A stretch of DNA of 64,000 bases from Candidatus Parcubacteria bacterium. GTDB lineage: Bacteria; Patescibacteriota; Patescibacteriia; UBA1558; GWA2-36-10. Of the stretch, positions 35,946 through 44,153 are shown in pieces. Position 1 is the stretch's first letter; every line of letters starts with the position of its first letter. The position numbers and the translations under genes are program-made. The DNA lies in contig JABHSK010000002.1 in the NCBI GenBank assembly GCA_018669975.1, positions 73,293-137,292 on the forward strand, given 5' to 3'. The notes beneath the pieces were generated by a model, which saw only the letters and a list, made by a program, of their open reading frames with translations, ran no database searches and had not been told where the DNA came from.

Positions 35946-36299
35946 TTAGTAATAATGACTAAAAAATATTATTGAGAAAATAAATCCTAAAATAACAATC
36001 ATAAAATAAATTTGCTTATCCCATCTTTCCCATTTACTTTTTATTACCTTTTTATTAAAAATTTCTTGCCCATTTTTATCAAAATAATCTTCATAGTGTG
36101 TGGCCTTCATAATCTGATAGTGTCTAATAGCTAAAATCAGATATAATATAATTATAACTAATAAAACGTATTTATTATAATTAGCACCTATGTTTTCAAT
36201 ATATATTTTATATAATGGATACCCAAACATAAAAATATATATTGTTTCTACAAAAATAATAGATTTTCTAATATTATTATCAAATTTTACCTTGTTCAT
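35946..36299 (-). CDS. small membrane protein
   Basis: Three TM helices. Confidence 0.4.
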   Translation of the reverse strand: MNKVKFDNNIRKSIIFVETIYIFMFGYPLYKIYIENIGANYNKYVLLVIIILYLILAIRHYQIMKATHYEDYFDKNGQEIFNKKVIKSKWERWDKQIYFMIVILGFIFSIIFFSHYY

Positions 36300-36302
36300 A
36301 AA

Positions 36303-36405
36303 TTAAAATTTATGTATTAAGTATATCAAAAAACCACTTGTTTATAAAGTGATTCTTTGACTGGGGTCCCCTATGGAACACTTTCAGAACTTTTTTGGTT
36401 GAAAC
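36303..36405. repeat. array element copy 13 (full-length)
   Basis: ttaagtatatcaaaaaaccacttgtttataaagtgattctttgactggggtcccctatggaacactttcagaacttttttggttgaaac. Confidence 0.6.
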
Positions 36406-36440
36406 TAGTAAGGAAGAGATGGAAAAATTAAACTATTTAA

Positions 36441-38378
36441 TTAAAAATCACCTACAGGAATTTTACGAATATCAATATTAGATATTCCTAAACTCAGAAA
36501 TCTCATTATTTGATAGGCAGACGAACCATCTGCCATATAATATCTTTTTCCATCATTGGGGTTTACATACCAAGCCTCACCATGTTCTTCTACTTGTAAA
36601 AGAATTTTACCCTTTAGCCTACTGGAAATATTAGAATCGTATAATAATTTCCCTTCCCCTAAAGGATTATAACCATTTTTTACCTCCATACCATCATCAA
36701 ATACATCACCATCTGAATCTGCTTTATTTATATCAGTACCTAAACTTTCCTCTAATTTATCACATAGAGTATCTCCGTCCGAGTCAGTGCACTCAAACCT
36801 ATCTTCAAATCCAATTGGTATTTTGGCCAAATCTAAATTACTAATCCCTAATCCAAATTTCCTAAGAGCTTCATACGCCGTTGCACCATCTTTAAGATAA
36901 TATTTTTGACTAGTGCTTTCATCAACATACCATGCCTCACCATGTTCTTCTACTTGTAACAATATACGCCCCTCAAGCTTATCTATCAATGTTGAATCTA
37001 TATCTGAAATGAGCTCTTTTTCTTTTTCAACCCACAAAGATTCAATGACAAAAGGCTCATCTGGTAATATCTCAGGATCGGGTATAATCACTGGTAATTT
37101 TTTATTTAATTCCATAACCATCTCATAATCCCTATTATTAAAAAAGACCTCATATTGAACATCAAATCTACTTAAATAATCACCGACAACTTCTCCGTTG
37201 TAATCTACTTTAATTATATAGTTCACATAATAATCACGATCTATAACCCTCTCCCATAAACCACTAAGATCTACTATACCGTCCTGATTAGTATAATAAG
37301 TGGCTAGTAATGGACTTGGTAAATCATTCAATGAAGGATCGTCACCACAAAAAATACAACCTGTACGAGAGCCATAAACTCTTACCCTTGCATTATAAAA
37401 TGGCCACCCACTTTTATTAACTACCTTTACAGTAATTGTAGGTTCAAATTCTTCTAGCGCCAACCAGTCTCTTTGGTGTTTTTTATTAGACTTAATCATA
37501 CTAGCATTAAATTCATTAAAAATTTCATTTGTAAGCCAGCCCCCCATACTATCTAGTCCATATTTTTCAGAAAAATTATACTCAGGTAATATTGGTGCTA
37601 CTCCACTATTATCAATATTGTCATTATATAAATAATTTTCTGGAACACCAATACCAAAACTATGTCCAAGCTCGTGAATTATAACGCTCTGCCCATTCCC
37701 ATACCCATCATAGCCATAACTGTTTCTCCAGTCATCAGGAAAATGACTATTCACCTCATCTCTACCCAGAATAGTTGCGCCGTAGGCCAAGCCTTCATTT
37801 ATATCCTGAGAAACATGTACTTGATTGGCAATAAATTCTGTTCCATCGCTAGTATATTTTATATATGAACCATGATTACCTCCTGGTAGATCGTTAATAT
37901 TGGGATATATACTTGAATCTACAACAGTAAATAATACTGTTGTAGAAAATGGTTTTTCATCTCCATCAATAATTTCTACATCATTTAAAAAATGCAGTTC
38001 GTCTATGCTAAATAGATTCCACAACTGCTGACCAATTGTTTGTTGATAATCTAGAGAATAAGTTTTAAATTGAGCAATCTGATACTGAATACCTGTGTCT
38101 TCTTCAAATGCGGTATTTACAAAATCCATAATCTCTTGAGCTCTCTGTTCCCAGTCTGGATGCGATTGTGCATAGTCTTCGTTGATGGCAAATGTAATGT
38201 ACTCATATTGAACTCCAGTCTCAATATCATTTATGGGTAAAATAGATAATTGTTTTTCTAAATTTTCATCATTACCATACTCAAAATTTTCAGCAGCTTC
38301 CACGCTATTTATAAATACTTTGGGAAGTGGTAATAAATTAAAAATAAAACCAACTAGTACAAATATTATTATTTTCAT
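36441..38378 (-). CDS. secreted zinc metalloprotease-like protein with C-terminal Ca-binding module flanked by repeat domains
   Basis: Signal peptide, HELGHSFGIG zincin motif, and a C-terminal DSDGDTLCDKLEESLGTDINKADSDGDVFDDGMEVKNGYNPLGEG module between two LLQVEEHGEAWYV repeats. Confidence 0.6.
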   Translation of the reverse strand: MKIIIFVLVGFIFNLLPLPKVFINSVEAAENFEYGNDENLEKQLSILPINDIETGVQYEYITFAINEDYAQSHPDWEQRAQEIMDFVNTAFEEDTGIQYQIAQFKTYSLDYQQTIGQQLWNLFSIDELHFLNDVEIIDGDEKPFSTTVLFTVVDSSIYPNINDLPGGNHGSYIKYTSDGTEFIANQVHVSQDINEGLAYGATILGRDEVNSHFPDDWRNSYGYDGYGNGQSVIIHELGHSFGIGVPENYLYNDNIDNSGVAPILPEYNFSEKYGLDSMGGWLTNEIFNEFNASMIKSNKKHQRDWLALEEFEPTITVKVVNKSGWPFYNARVRVYGSRTGCIFCGDDPSLNDLPSPLLATYYTNQDGIVDLSGLWERVIDRDYYVNYIIKVDYNGEVVGDYLSRFDVQYEVFFNNRDYEMVMELNKKLPVIIPDPEILPDEPFVIESLWVEKEKELISDIDSTLIDKLEGRILLQVEEHGEAWYVDESTSQKYYLKDGATAYEALRKFGLGISNLDLAKIPIGFEDRFECTDSDGDTLCDKLEESLGTDINKADSDGDVFDDGMEVKNGYNPLGEGKLLYDSNISSRLKGKILLQVEEHGEAWYVNPNDGKRYYMADGSSAYQIMRFLSLGISNIDIRKIPVGDF

Positions 38379-38382
38379 ATTA

Positions 38383-38470
38383 TTATTTTTAATAACATTT
38401 TCAGTATATCAAAAAACCACTCCTTTTGGAATGATTCTTTGACTGGGGTCCCTTACGGACCTTGGTTATA
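38383..38470. repeat. array element copy 14 (distal part truncated)
   Basis: tttttaataacattttcagtatatcaaaaaaccactccttttggaatgattctttgactggggtcccttacggacc. Confidence 0.55.
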
Positions 38471-38495
38471 ACTACATCTTGATAATTACATATTA

Positions 38496-40178
38496 CTAAT
38501 AGTCTACGCTTGGACGCTCCTCAGTGTCGCAAAATCCTCGATCATTACAGCTCAGACCACTAGGGCAACCACATCTCTGGCAATTATCTACTACGTTACT
38601 ATTCTCACAATATTTTGGCTGCTCATGAGGAGAACAATAATCATTCAAATCTATGGTATTAATACAAAAATTATTAAACACATTAGAAATATCAATTAAA
38701 CTTGGACCATCCAAACCAAATTCCTTTGTTGTGGCTATATACTGCCAAAAATCACTATCTTCTTTATATTTATTTTCATCCGACCATTTGACTATATCTT
38801 GAACATCTTGATTTCTTAATACATATGGATACAAAACATTAAATAACTCTTTTGTCCCTTCCAAAAGCCCCGCCCTGTAACCCGGTATATAAGATTCTGC
38901 CACAGAAGGCATAGTCATTAGCTGATGAATATCTCCAAAAATTTCATTATCAATATATAGACTGGCTATTTCATCTTTATCACTATATTCTGCTAAATTT
39001 GCCAATAGTTTAATCAAGTTCTTTATCCCATTAGAATAAAAAACTCCTAGACGGGATTGAACATTGGGATAAAGTGCCATAGATTCATAAACCATATGAT
39101 TATCTTGATTTACACCCATTAAATATCCTCCACTACCGTCAGCTCTCCAAAAATGATATGGCTGTTTATAATTTATTTTATCCAGTTCATAAGAAAATTC
39201 TAATTGATAATCAAATATGTGTGCCATCTTCTCTATTACTTCATTATTTAGCAACTCATTACTCACTAAGGTAGGATTAGCCTCAAGCAACATATTAATA
39301 GTTTCTGGAACACTTATTAAATCAGAAAAAATAAAATTACTAAAGATAGGATCATAATGTTGCAGGTTGTCATTATAATCTTCTGGCATATCCATCAACA
39401 ACTCCTTTTCTCCAATAATAGCTTCCAATCCTGTTTCTTTACGATAATTACATAACATTTTATCAAATAAAGCGGAGGCATAATTTTCATTCACGTACAC
39501 TGGATCAGCTATATTATTATTTATATATGTTAGCTCTGAAGCAATGCTATTACTCTCTCCATACTTAAAAGCAACCATGTCATCCCATTCAGATGCACTC
39601 AAGCTTCCCTCAATTAAAAATTTATCAATTAATTCAAAATATCTATCTATATAAGTAAATAATGGTGCATCAATTGTTGTAATTTCAAATTCGCTACTAC
39701 AGTCCCATTCTGATTCCACGTCATAAGGCGTATACAATAACAAATCGATATTATAAATAAATGGAAAACTATTCATTTGCAAGCCCCATGCATGGTAATC
39801 ATAATATACATTACTCTCATCATCTATAAAAACTTTGTAATCGCCCGTGCTCCCCAAAATTAATGAATAATTACCACTTACATCTGTGACACCAGTATAT
39901 ATTTCACTTTGATTATTAATATTGGTAAAAGTAACTACAATACCAGACAAAGGATCACTACTTATTACATCTTTTACATGCCCCAAAACCTGATTATTAC
40001 TCTGTTTAACAATCGCTGCTGGAACGTTTTTTTTCAATACCAACTTCTCAAAACTAACAGACATCATAGCAAAGGACATAACTCCAAACGAGAGAGCTGC
40101 TCCTGCCAAAACTAATAAAGCTAACTTAGTTTTTGTGTTTAAAGTGCTCTTTGTTTTTGTAGTCATTTCTATTGACAT
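38496..40178 (-). CDS. large secreted protein with C-terminal Cys-rich knot
   Basis: N-terminal TM/signal anchor. C-terminal CENSNVVDNCQRCGCPSGLSCNDRGFCD. Confidence 0.45.
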   Translation of the reverse strand: MSIEMTTKTKSTLNTKTKLALLVLAGAALSFGVMSFAMMSVSFEKLVLKKNVPAAIVKQSNNQVLGHVKDVISSDPLSGIVVTFTNINNQSEIYTGVTDVSGNYSLILGSTGDYKVFIDDESNVYYDYHAWGLQMNSFPFIYNIDLLLYTPYDVESEWDCSSEFEITTIDAPLFTYIDRYFELIDKFLIEGSLSASEWDDMVAFKYGESNSIASELTYINNNIADPVYVNENYASALFDKMLCNYRKETGLEAIIGEKELLMDMPEDYNDNLQHYDPIFSNFIFSDLISVPETINMLLEANPTLVSNELLNNEVIEKMAHIFDYQLEFSYELDKINYKQPYHFWRADGSGGYLMGVNQDNHMVYESMALYPNVQSRLGVFYSNGIKNLIKLLANLAEYSDKDEIASLYIDNEIFGDIHQLMTMPSVAESYIPGYRAGLLEGTKELFNVLYPYVLRNQDVQDIVKWSDENKYKEDSDFWQYIATTKEFGLDGPSLIDISNVFNNFCINTIDLNDYCSPHEQPKYCENSNVVDNCQRCGCPSGLSCNDRGFCDTEERPSVDY

Positions 40179-40182
40179 AATT

Positions 40183-40303
40183 TTATTTTAATAACACTTT
40201 AAGTATATCAAAAAATCACTCCTTTTGGAATGATTCTGTCGTGTTATAAACCTATTGGTCTGGGGGTCCCCTATAGGGGACTTTCGGAACCTTTTTAGTG
40301 GAG
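40183..40303. repeat. array element copy 15 (with ~25-nt internal insertion)
   Basis: ttttaataacactttaagtatatcaaaaaatcactccttttggaatgattctgtcgtgttataaacctattggtctgggggtcccctataggggactttcggaacctttttagtggag. Confidence 0.55.
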
Positions 40304-40321
40304 AATCCTGATTATTTATAC

Positions 40322-40930
40322 CTAAACGCCAATTTCTACTATATCTCCACCCCATAAATCCTCTATACTCTTAAGTATATTATTAAATTCAACAGGACAA
40401 AAGCCATAACACATAACTGCTTTTATGCTTGGCTTCTCTGTCATTCCACAAATATGGTTACCGCAAGTCGTTACAGATATTGTATAGTAAGTTCCATCCA
40501 TTAAATTATTATCTATGTAATTATCTTTTAAATCCCAAAAATGATTGCTATTTATTACATTTATTAAAATTTCATAGTCTGTAGAATCTACATCTCTTCC
40601 AATCTCTTTTCTAATACCATCGTCTAATATATTAGACTCAGCACTGTAAATAACTTGATTACCTTGAATCAATAAGTTAGCCTCTGAAAATGGTGCTTTA
40701 ACTCGTAAGCTTATATTACCTATAATTGGCTTGTGTTCAAATTTAACATCTCTGGACAAATTACTATATAAATCATTTAAAGTATTTTGTTTATCTATCT
40801 CTTTCCAAACAAAAACTCCCGTGATAAACAAAGCTCCCACTATCCCTCCAATAATGGTCATTACAACCACATCATTAAATCCTTCCTGTCTTGAGCGAAG
40901 TCGAAAGATTTGATTTTTAAATAATTTCAT
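40322..40930 (-). CDS. membrane-anchored extracellular protein (pilin-like N-terminus not canonical)
   Basis: Single N-terminal TM (VVVMTIIGGIVGALFITGVFVW) and 5 Cys. Confidence 0.4.
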   Translation of the reverse strand: MKLFKNQIFRLRSRQEGFNDVVVMTIIGGIVGALFITGVFVWKEIDKQNTLNDLYSNLSRDVKFEHKPIIGNISLRVKAPFSEANLLIQGNQVIYSAESNILDDGIRKEIGRDVDSTDYEILINVINSNHFWDLKDNYIDNNLMDGTYYTISVTTCGNHICGMTEKPSIKAVMCYGFCPVEFNNILKSIEDLWGGDIVEIGV

Positions 40931-41040
40931 AATTTATATTTTAATAACATGGCCCAGGCCACCCTCCCTGGCTTCGCCATTCACCTTGTCTTCATTATAT
41001 CACAAAACAAAAAACGAGCTAGGATTAGCTCATTCTTTGA
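40931..41040. repeat. array element copy 16 (GC-rich 5' block plus ctagcta-type hairpin), abutting tRNA-His
   Basis: ttttaataacatggcccaggccaccctccctggcttcgccattcaccttgtcttcattatatcacaaaacaaaaaacgagctaggattagctcattctttga, after which the tRNA-His gene follows directly. Confidence 0.55.
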
Positions 41041-41117
41041 TGGGGTGATAGATGGGATTTGAACCCACGACCGTCGGAACCACAATCCGATGCTCTACCA
41101 ACTGAGCTACTACCACC
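41041..41117 (-). tRNA. tRNA-His (anticodon GTG) with encoded G-1 and CCA
   Basis: The reverse complement folds as a cloverleaf: acceptor G-1 plus GTGGTAG, D-arm GCTCAGTTGGTAGAGC, anticodon loop TTGTGGT, T-arm GTGGGTTCAAATCCCAT, then C73 and CCA. Confidence 0.85.
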
Positions 41118-41132
41118 ATGAATATAATTGAA

Positions 41133-41207
41133 TGGTACCCCCAGCAGGAATCGAACCTACATCTACAGCTTAGAAGGCTGCTGTTCTATCCGTTGAACTA
41201 TGGGGGC
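41133..41207 (-). tRNA. tRNA-Arg (anticodon TCT)
   Basis: Reverse complement GCCCCCATAGTTCAACGGATAGAACAGCAGCCTTCTAAGCTGTAGATGTAGGTTCGATTCCTGCTGGGGGTACCA. Anticodon loop CTTCTAA, T-loop TTCGATT, encoded CCA. Confidence 0.85.
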
Positions 41208-41280
41208 ATTAATTTTTAACACCGCCAAGTATAGCAAGAAATAGCTTTTAAGTCAAGACAATATATGCTAAAATATCCAT

Positions 41281-41664
41281 ATGAAAAAAAATAAGCGAGA
41301 ATTATTATTTTGGCGAGCCCTAACCAACTTCTGGGGTGTAATCACATCCATCGTCTTCCTGGTTACCTTTTTTAATGTTTGGGATTTATCCTACCTCCTG
41401 ACTGACCTAACTATTATTTATCTATCAATCCTGTCTATTTTTGCTGGCGTCAAGGAACTTAGTCGCTGGAAGAGTAAAAGTTTTTTATCCAAATACAACG
41501 GTGAAATATTTGTTCTTTCCTGGACAATGTTAATGGTGCTTTTTATAGTAGTGACCGCTTACAATAAAAATTATCATATGTACTCCCAATTTACTGCTAC
41601 TTATTTATCAGTGCTGGGCATTTTTGCTATTAGTTTAAAATCAAAAAATTTAAAACAAAAATAA
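41281..41664 (+). CDS. four-TM membrane protein
   Basis: 127 aa with hydrophobic helices. Confidence 0.4.
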   Translation: MKKNKRELLFWRALTNFWGVITSIVFLVTFFNVWDLSYLLTDLTIIYLSILSIFAGVKELSRWKSKSFLSKYNGEIFVLSWTMLMVLFIVVTAYNKNYHMYSQFTATYLSVLGIFAISLKSKNLKQK

Positions 41665-41673
41665 TATAAAATT

Positions 41674-42105
41674 ATGATTTATCTAGGAGCAGACCACAAT
41701 GGCTTCAAATTAAAAGAAGCGCTAAAAGAATATTTAAATAATAAAAAAATAGATCACAAAGATTTAGGTAATACTAAATTTGATCAACGTGATGATTATC
41801 CTGTCTATGCCAAACAAGTTGCTCGTCAAGTTGCCAAAGGAAAAACATCTTTGGGTATATTAATATGTGGCAGTGGCCAGGGCATGTCTATGGCTGCCAA
41901 TAAATTTAAAAATGTACGTGCAGCTCTGGGCTGGTCAGTAGCTGCCGCCAAAAGAGCTCGCCATGATGACGATGCCAATATCATTTGCATCCCTGCCTGG
42001 CGCCTGACCAATGATCAAGCTATGCGCGTCATTCAGACTTGGCTAAATACACCATTCTCAAAATTAGCCAGACATAAAAGAAGAATTAAAAAAATAAATG
42101 CCTAA
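41674..42105 (+). CDS. rpiB: ribose-5-phosphate isomerase B (RpiB/LacAB family)
   Basis: MIYLGADHNGFKLKE start, a catalytic ICGSGQGMSMAANK segment, 143 aa. Confidence 0.85.
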   Translation: MIYLGADHNGFKLKEALKEYLNNKKIDHKDLGNTKFDQRDDYPVYAKQVARQVAKGKTSLGILICGSGQGMSMAANKFKNVRAALGWSVAAAKRARHDDDANIICIPAWRLTNDQAMRVIQTWLNTPFSKLARHKRRIKKINA

Positions 42106-42745
42106 AACCACCAAAATTGTACCGGCTATTTTAGTTAATAATAAAGCTGGTTTCAAACGACAATTTGATAAAGTAAAACCATACTTCAAATATATCCAAA
42201 TTGATATTATGGATGGTATTTTAGTCAAAGAAAAAAACTCTATCAATCCACAAATTGTAAAAACTATGCTGCGTGGCTACAAAATAGAGGTACACCTAAT
42301 GGTTAAAGATGTAAGTAAATATATAGAGCAATGGCACAAGTTAAAAAATGTCAAAAAAATAATTTGGCACTATGAAGCTGAAAAAGATAAAGATGCTATT
42401 CTCTGCCTCAATAAATATCTACGCTCAAAAAAAATTCAAACTGGCTTGGCTGTTAACCCCAATACATCACTAGCCAAAATTAAAGATCTAATACCAAAAT
42501 TTAATACCATTCAAATAATGGGTATCAAGCCTGGTGCCCAGGGAAGAAAATTCCAACCAAAGGTACTCAAAAAAATAAAATCTCTACGGCAAAAGTATCC
42601 CAAACTCAACATTGCTGTAGACGGTGGAGTAAGTGAACAAAACTTTGCAGCCATCAAAAAAGCCGGGGCTAACATCATAGCCATCGGCTCATACCTACAA
42701 AAATCTAAAGACACTAAGCAAGCGCTAAAAAAACTGCCTCGCTAG
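42098..42745 (+). CDS. rpe: ribulose-phosphate 3-epimerase
   Basis: IQIDIMDG and HLMV motifs plus C-terminal IAVDGGV. Overlaps the rpiB stop. Confidence 0.85.
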   Translation: MPKTTKIVPAILVNNKAGFKRQFDKVKPYFKYIQIDIMDGILVKEKNSINPQIVKTMLRGYKIEVHLMVKDVSKYIEQWHKLKNVKKIIWHYEAEKDKDAILCLNKYLRSKKIQTGLAVNPNTSLAKIKDLIPKFNTIQIMGIKPGAQGRKFQPKVLKKIKSLRQKYPKLNIAVDGGVSEQNFAAIKKAGANIIAIGSYLQKSKDTKQALKKLPR

Positions 42746-44010
42746 GCAGTTTTTTGATTCCTCTTTTCTGTTTGAGGTTTTTCTTCTATCTTATGTGTTT
42801 CTTTATTATAAATCGGTATTGTGAAATAAAATTGACTACCAACGTGCTTGATACTATCAACTGATATCGTGCCACCCATTAACTCTACTAGTTGCTTGGT
42901 AATCCAAAGACCCAGACCAGTACCAATAATACCGCGAGTCTCCTCTCCCTGGACTCGATAAAATTTTTCAAATAATTTTTCTCTCTCACTGGCATCCATA
43001 CCAATGCCACTATCCTTAATGGTAATAGTAATAAGTTTTTCGTCTGTTTTTTTAGCAATCAACTCTATTTCACCTTGCTTAGTATATTTTATTGAATTGC
43101 CCAATAAATTAATTATTACTTGCTTAAGCTTATCTTCATCAGCCCAAACCTGTGGCAAATCTTTATCTGCGCTTAACTTCAAAGCCAAATTTTTTGCTTT
43201 GACCCTCAATTCAAACTCTAACATCAAAGAATCCAGGACTGCCTTCAAATCAACTGGTTCTTTTTTGACTATCAATCTATTTTGCTCAATTCTAGATACA
43301 TTTAATAAATCCTCTACTAAATGCCCCAACCTATTAACTGAGGCCTCCATAATCTTAAATCCTTTTTTACTACCCTCGGACAACTCACCATAGTCTCCTT
43401 CCAAAGACATCGATAGAAACCCCTTAATGGTTGTAATCGGTGTCCTAAGCTCATGAGAAGCAATAGAGATAAATTCATCTTTCATCTTATCCACCTCTTT
43501 TAGCCTCCTAAATAAAATAGCGTGCTCGAACAATCTAGTATTCAAAGCCAAGAGCAATATCACAATCAATACTGTAATGGATAAAATAATATATGACTTA
43601 GTTAAAGTATCCTTGGCTAAATCATCCATTACTGCTAAAGACATCCTGATACTCAATAGAGCTTCCTTCTCTCCTTGTACATTGGTCAGCGGCATGGCTA
43701 TCTCCCAAAACCGCTCACTATCACCACCGGATTCTCGACCTATATCTGAAACTAAGGTAGCCACTGCTTCTTCCCTGTGCCAGGCTATAACATAATTAAG
43801 ATCACCAGTTGTCCTATCTATGAACCCTGGCTCAAGACTAGCCACTACTTTAAAATCGTCTCCCTGGGGAACCAAAATATCAAAAGTGCGTAAATCAGTA
43901 TTGGCTTGAGCCACTGAATCCAATTTCTCCTGCAGATAGTCAACATCACTGATATCCTCAAAAACTGAAGCATTAAATAATTGCCCCAACAAAAGAGCTT
44001 GTCTCTGCAA
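42742..44010 (-). CDS. sensor histidine kinase (DHp plus HATPase_c), start uncertain (TTG or a later codon)
   Basis: H-box ISIASHELRTPITTIKGF, N-box LLGNSIKYT, G-boxes DSGIGM / GTGLGLWI. One TM (ILSITVLIVILLLAL) precedes the DHp domain. The first in-frame start codon is TTG, not ATG. Confidence 0.8.
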   Translation of the reverse strand: MQRQALLLGQLFNASVFEDISDVDYLQEKLDSVAQANTDLRTFDILVPQGDDFKVVASLEPGFIDRTTGDLNYVIAWHREEAVATLVSDIGRESGGDSERFWEIAMPLTNVQGEKEALLSIRMSLAVMDDLAKDTLTKSYIILSITVLIVILLLALNTRLFEHAILFRRLKEVDKMKDEFISIASHELRTPITTIKGFLSMSLEGDYGELSEGSKKGFKIMEASVNRLGHLVEDLLNVSRIEQNRLIVKKEPVDLKAVLDSLMLEFELRVKAKNLALKLSADKDLPQVWADEDKLKQVIINLLGNSIKYTKQGEIELIAKKTDEKLITITIKDSGIGMDASEREKLFEKFYRVQGEETRGIIGTGLGLWITKQLVELMGGTISVDSIKHVGSQFYFTIPIYNKETHKIEEKPQTEKRNQKTA

Positions 44011-44021
44011 TCCAACGTCTA

Positions 44022-44153
44022 TATTTTTTTAAAAGATTTAACAGACCAAATGGTATTAAAAATGATAGTCAATGGAATCAAAATAATCAGGATGATAGCG
44101 TAGATCACCTGATAATCTTGTTTTAAAAATAGACTGGTTTTTTTCTTAGCCAT
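44022..44153 (-). pseudogene. 44-aa ORF encoding a signal-anchor TM helix, out of frame with and directly upstream of the histidine kinase (probable frameshifted kinase N-terminus)
   Basis: My own translation gives MAKKKTSLFLKQDYQVIYAIILIILIPLTIIFNTIWSVKSFKKI-stop. It ends 9 nt before the kinase TTG inside a T7/A4 homopolymer region. Its ATG overlaps the stop of the 1430-aa gene (ATGGCTAAG). Confidence 0.35.

Noticed and set aside
21557-41040. Integron-style attC sites / gene cassettes
   Set aside because: The elements lack the R''/L''-L'/R' core organisation (no GTTRRRY / RYYYAAC boundaries). No IntI-type integrase or attI is present. The hairpin with a T-run reads as a terminator.
21557-41040. 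CRISPR array
   Set aside because: Repeat copies are 350-2000 bp apart and full-length ORFs lie between them. Repeats are about 100 nt and degenerate. No cas genes are present.
40938-41050. Short plus-strand ORFs starting at ATGGCCCAGGCC in the GC-rich block (25 and 38 codons)
   Set aside because: Differences between the two copies are mostly nonsynonymous and one frame runs into the tRNA gene. The conservation looks nucleotide-level, not protein-level.
44008-44010. Stop-codon reassignment (e.g. UGA=Gly as in some CPR lineages) as the explanation for the split histidine kinase
   Set aside because: The separating stop is TAG and the two ORFs are in different frames, so recoding would not fuse them. 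Ordinary stops (TAA/TAG/TGA) terminate the other well-supported genes at conserved C-termini.
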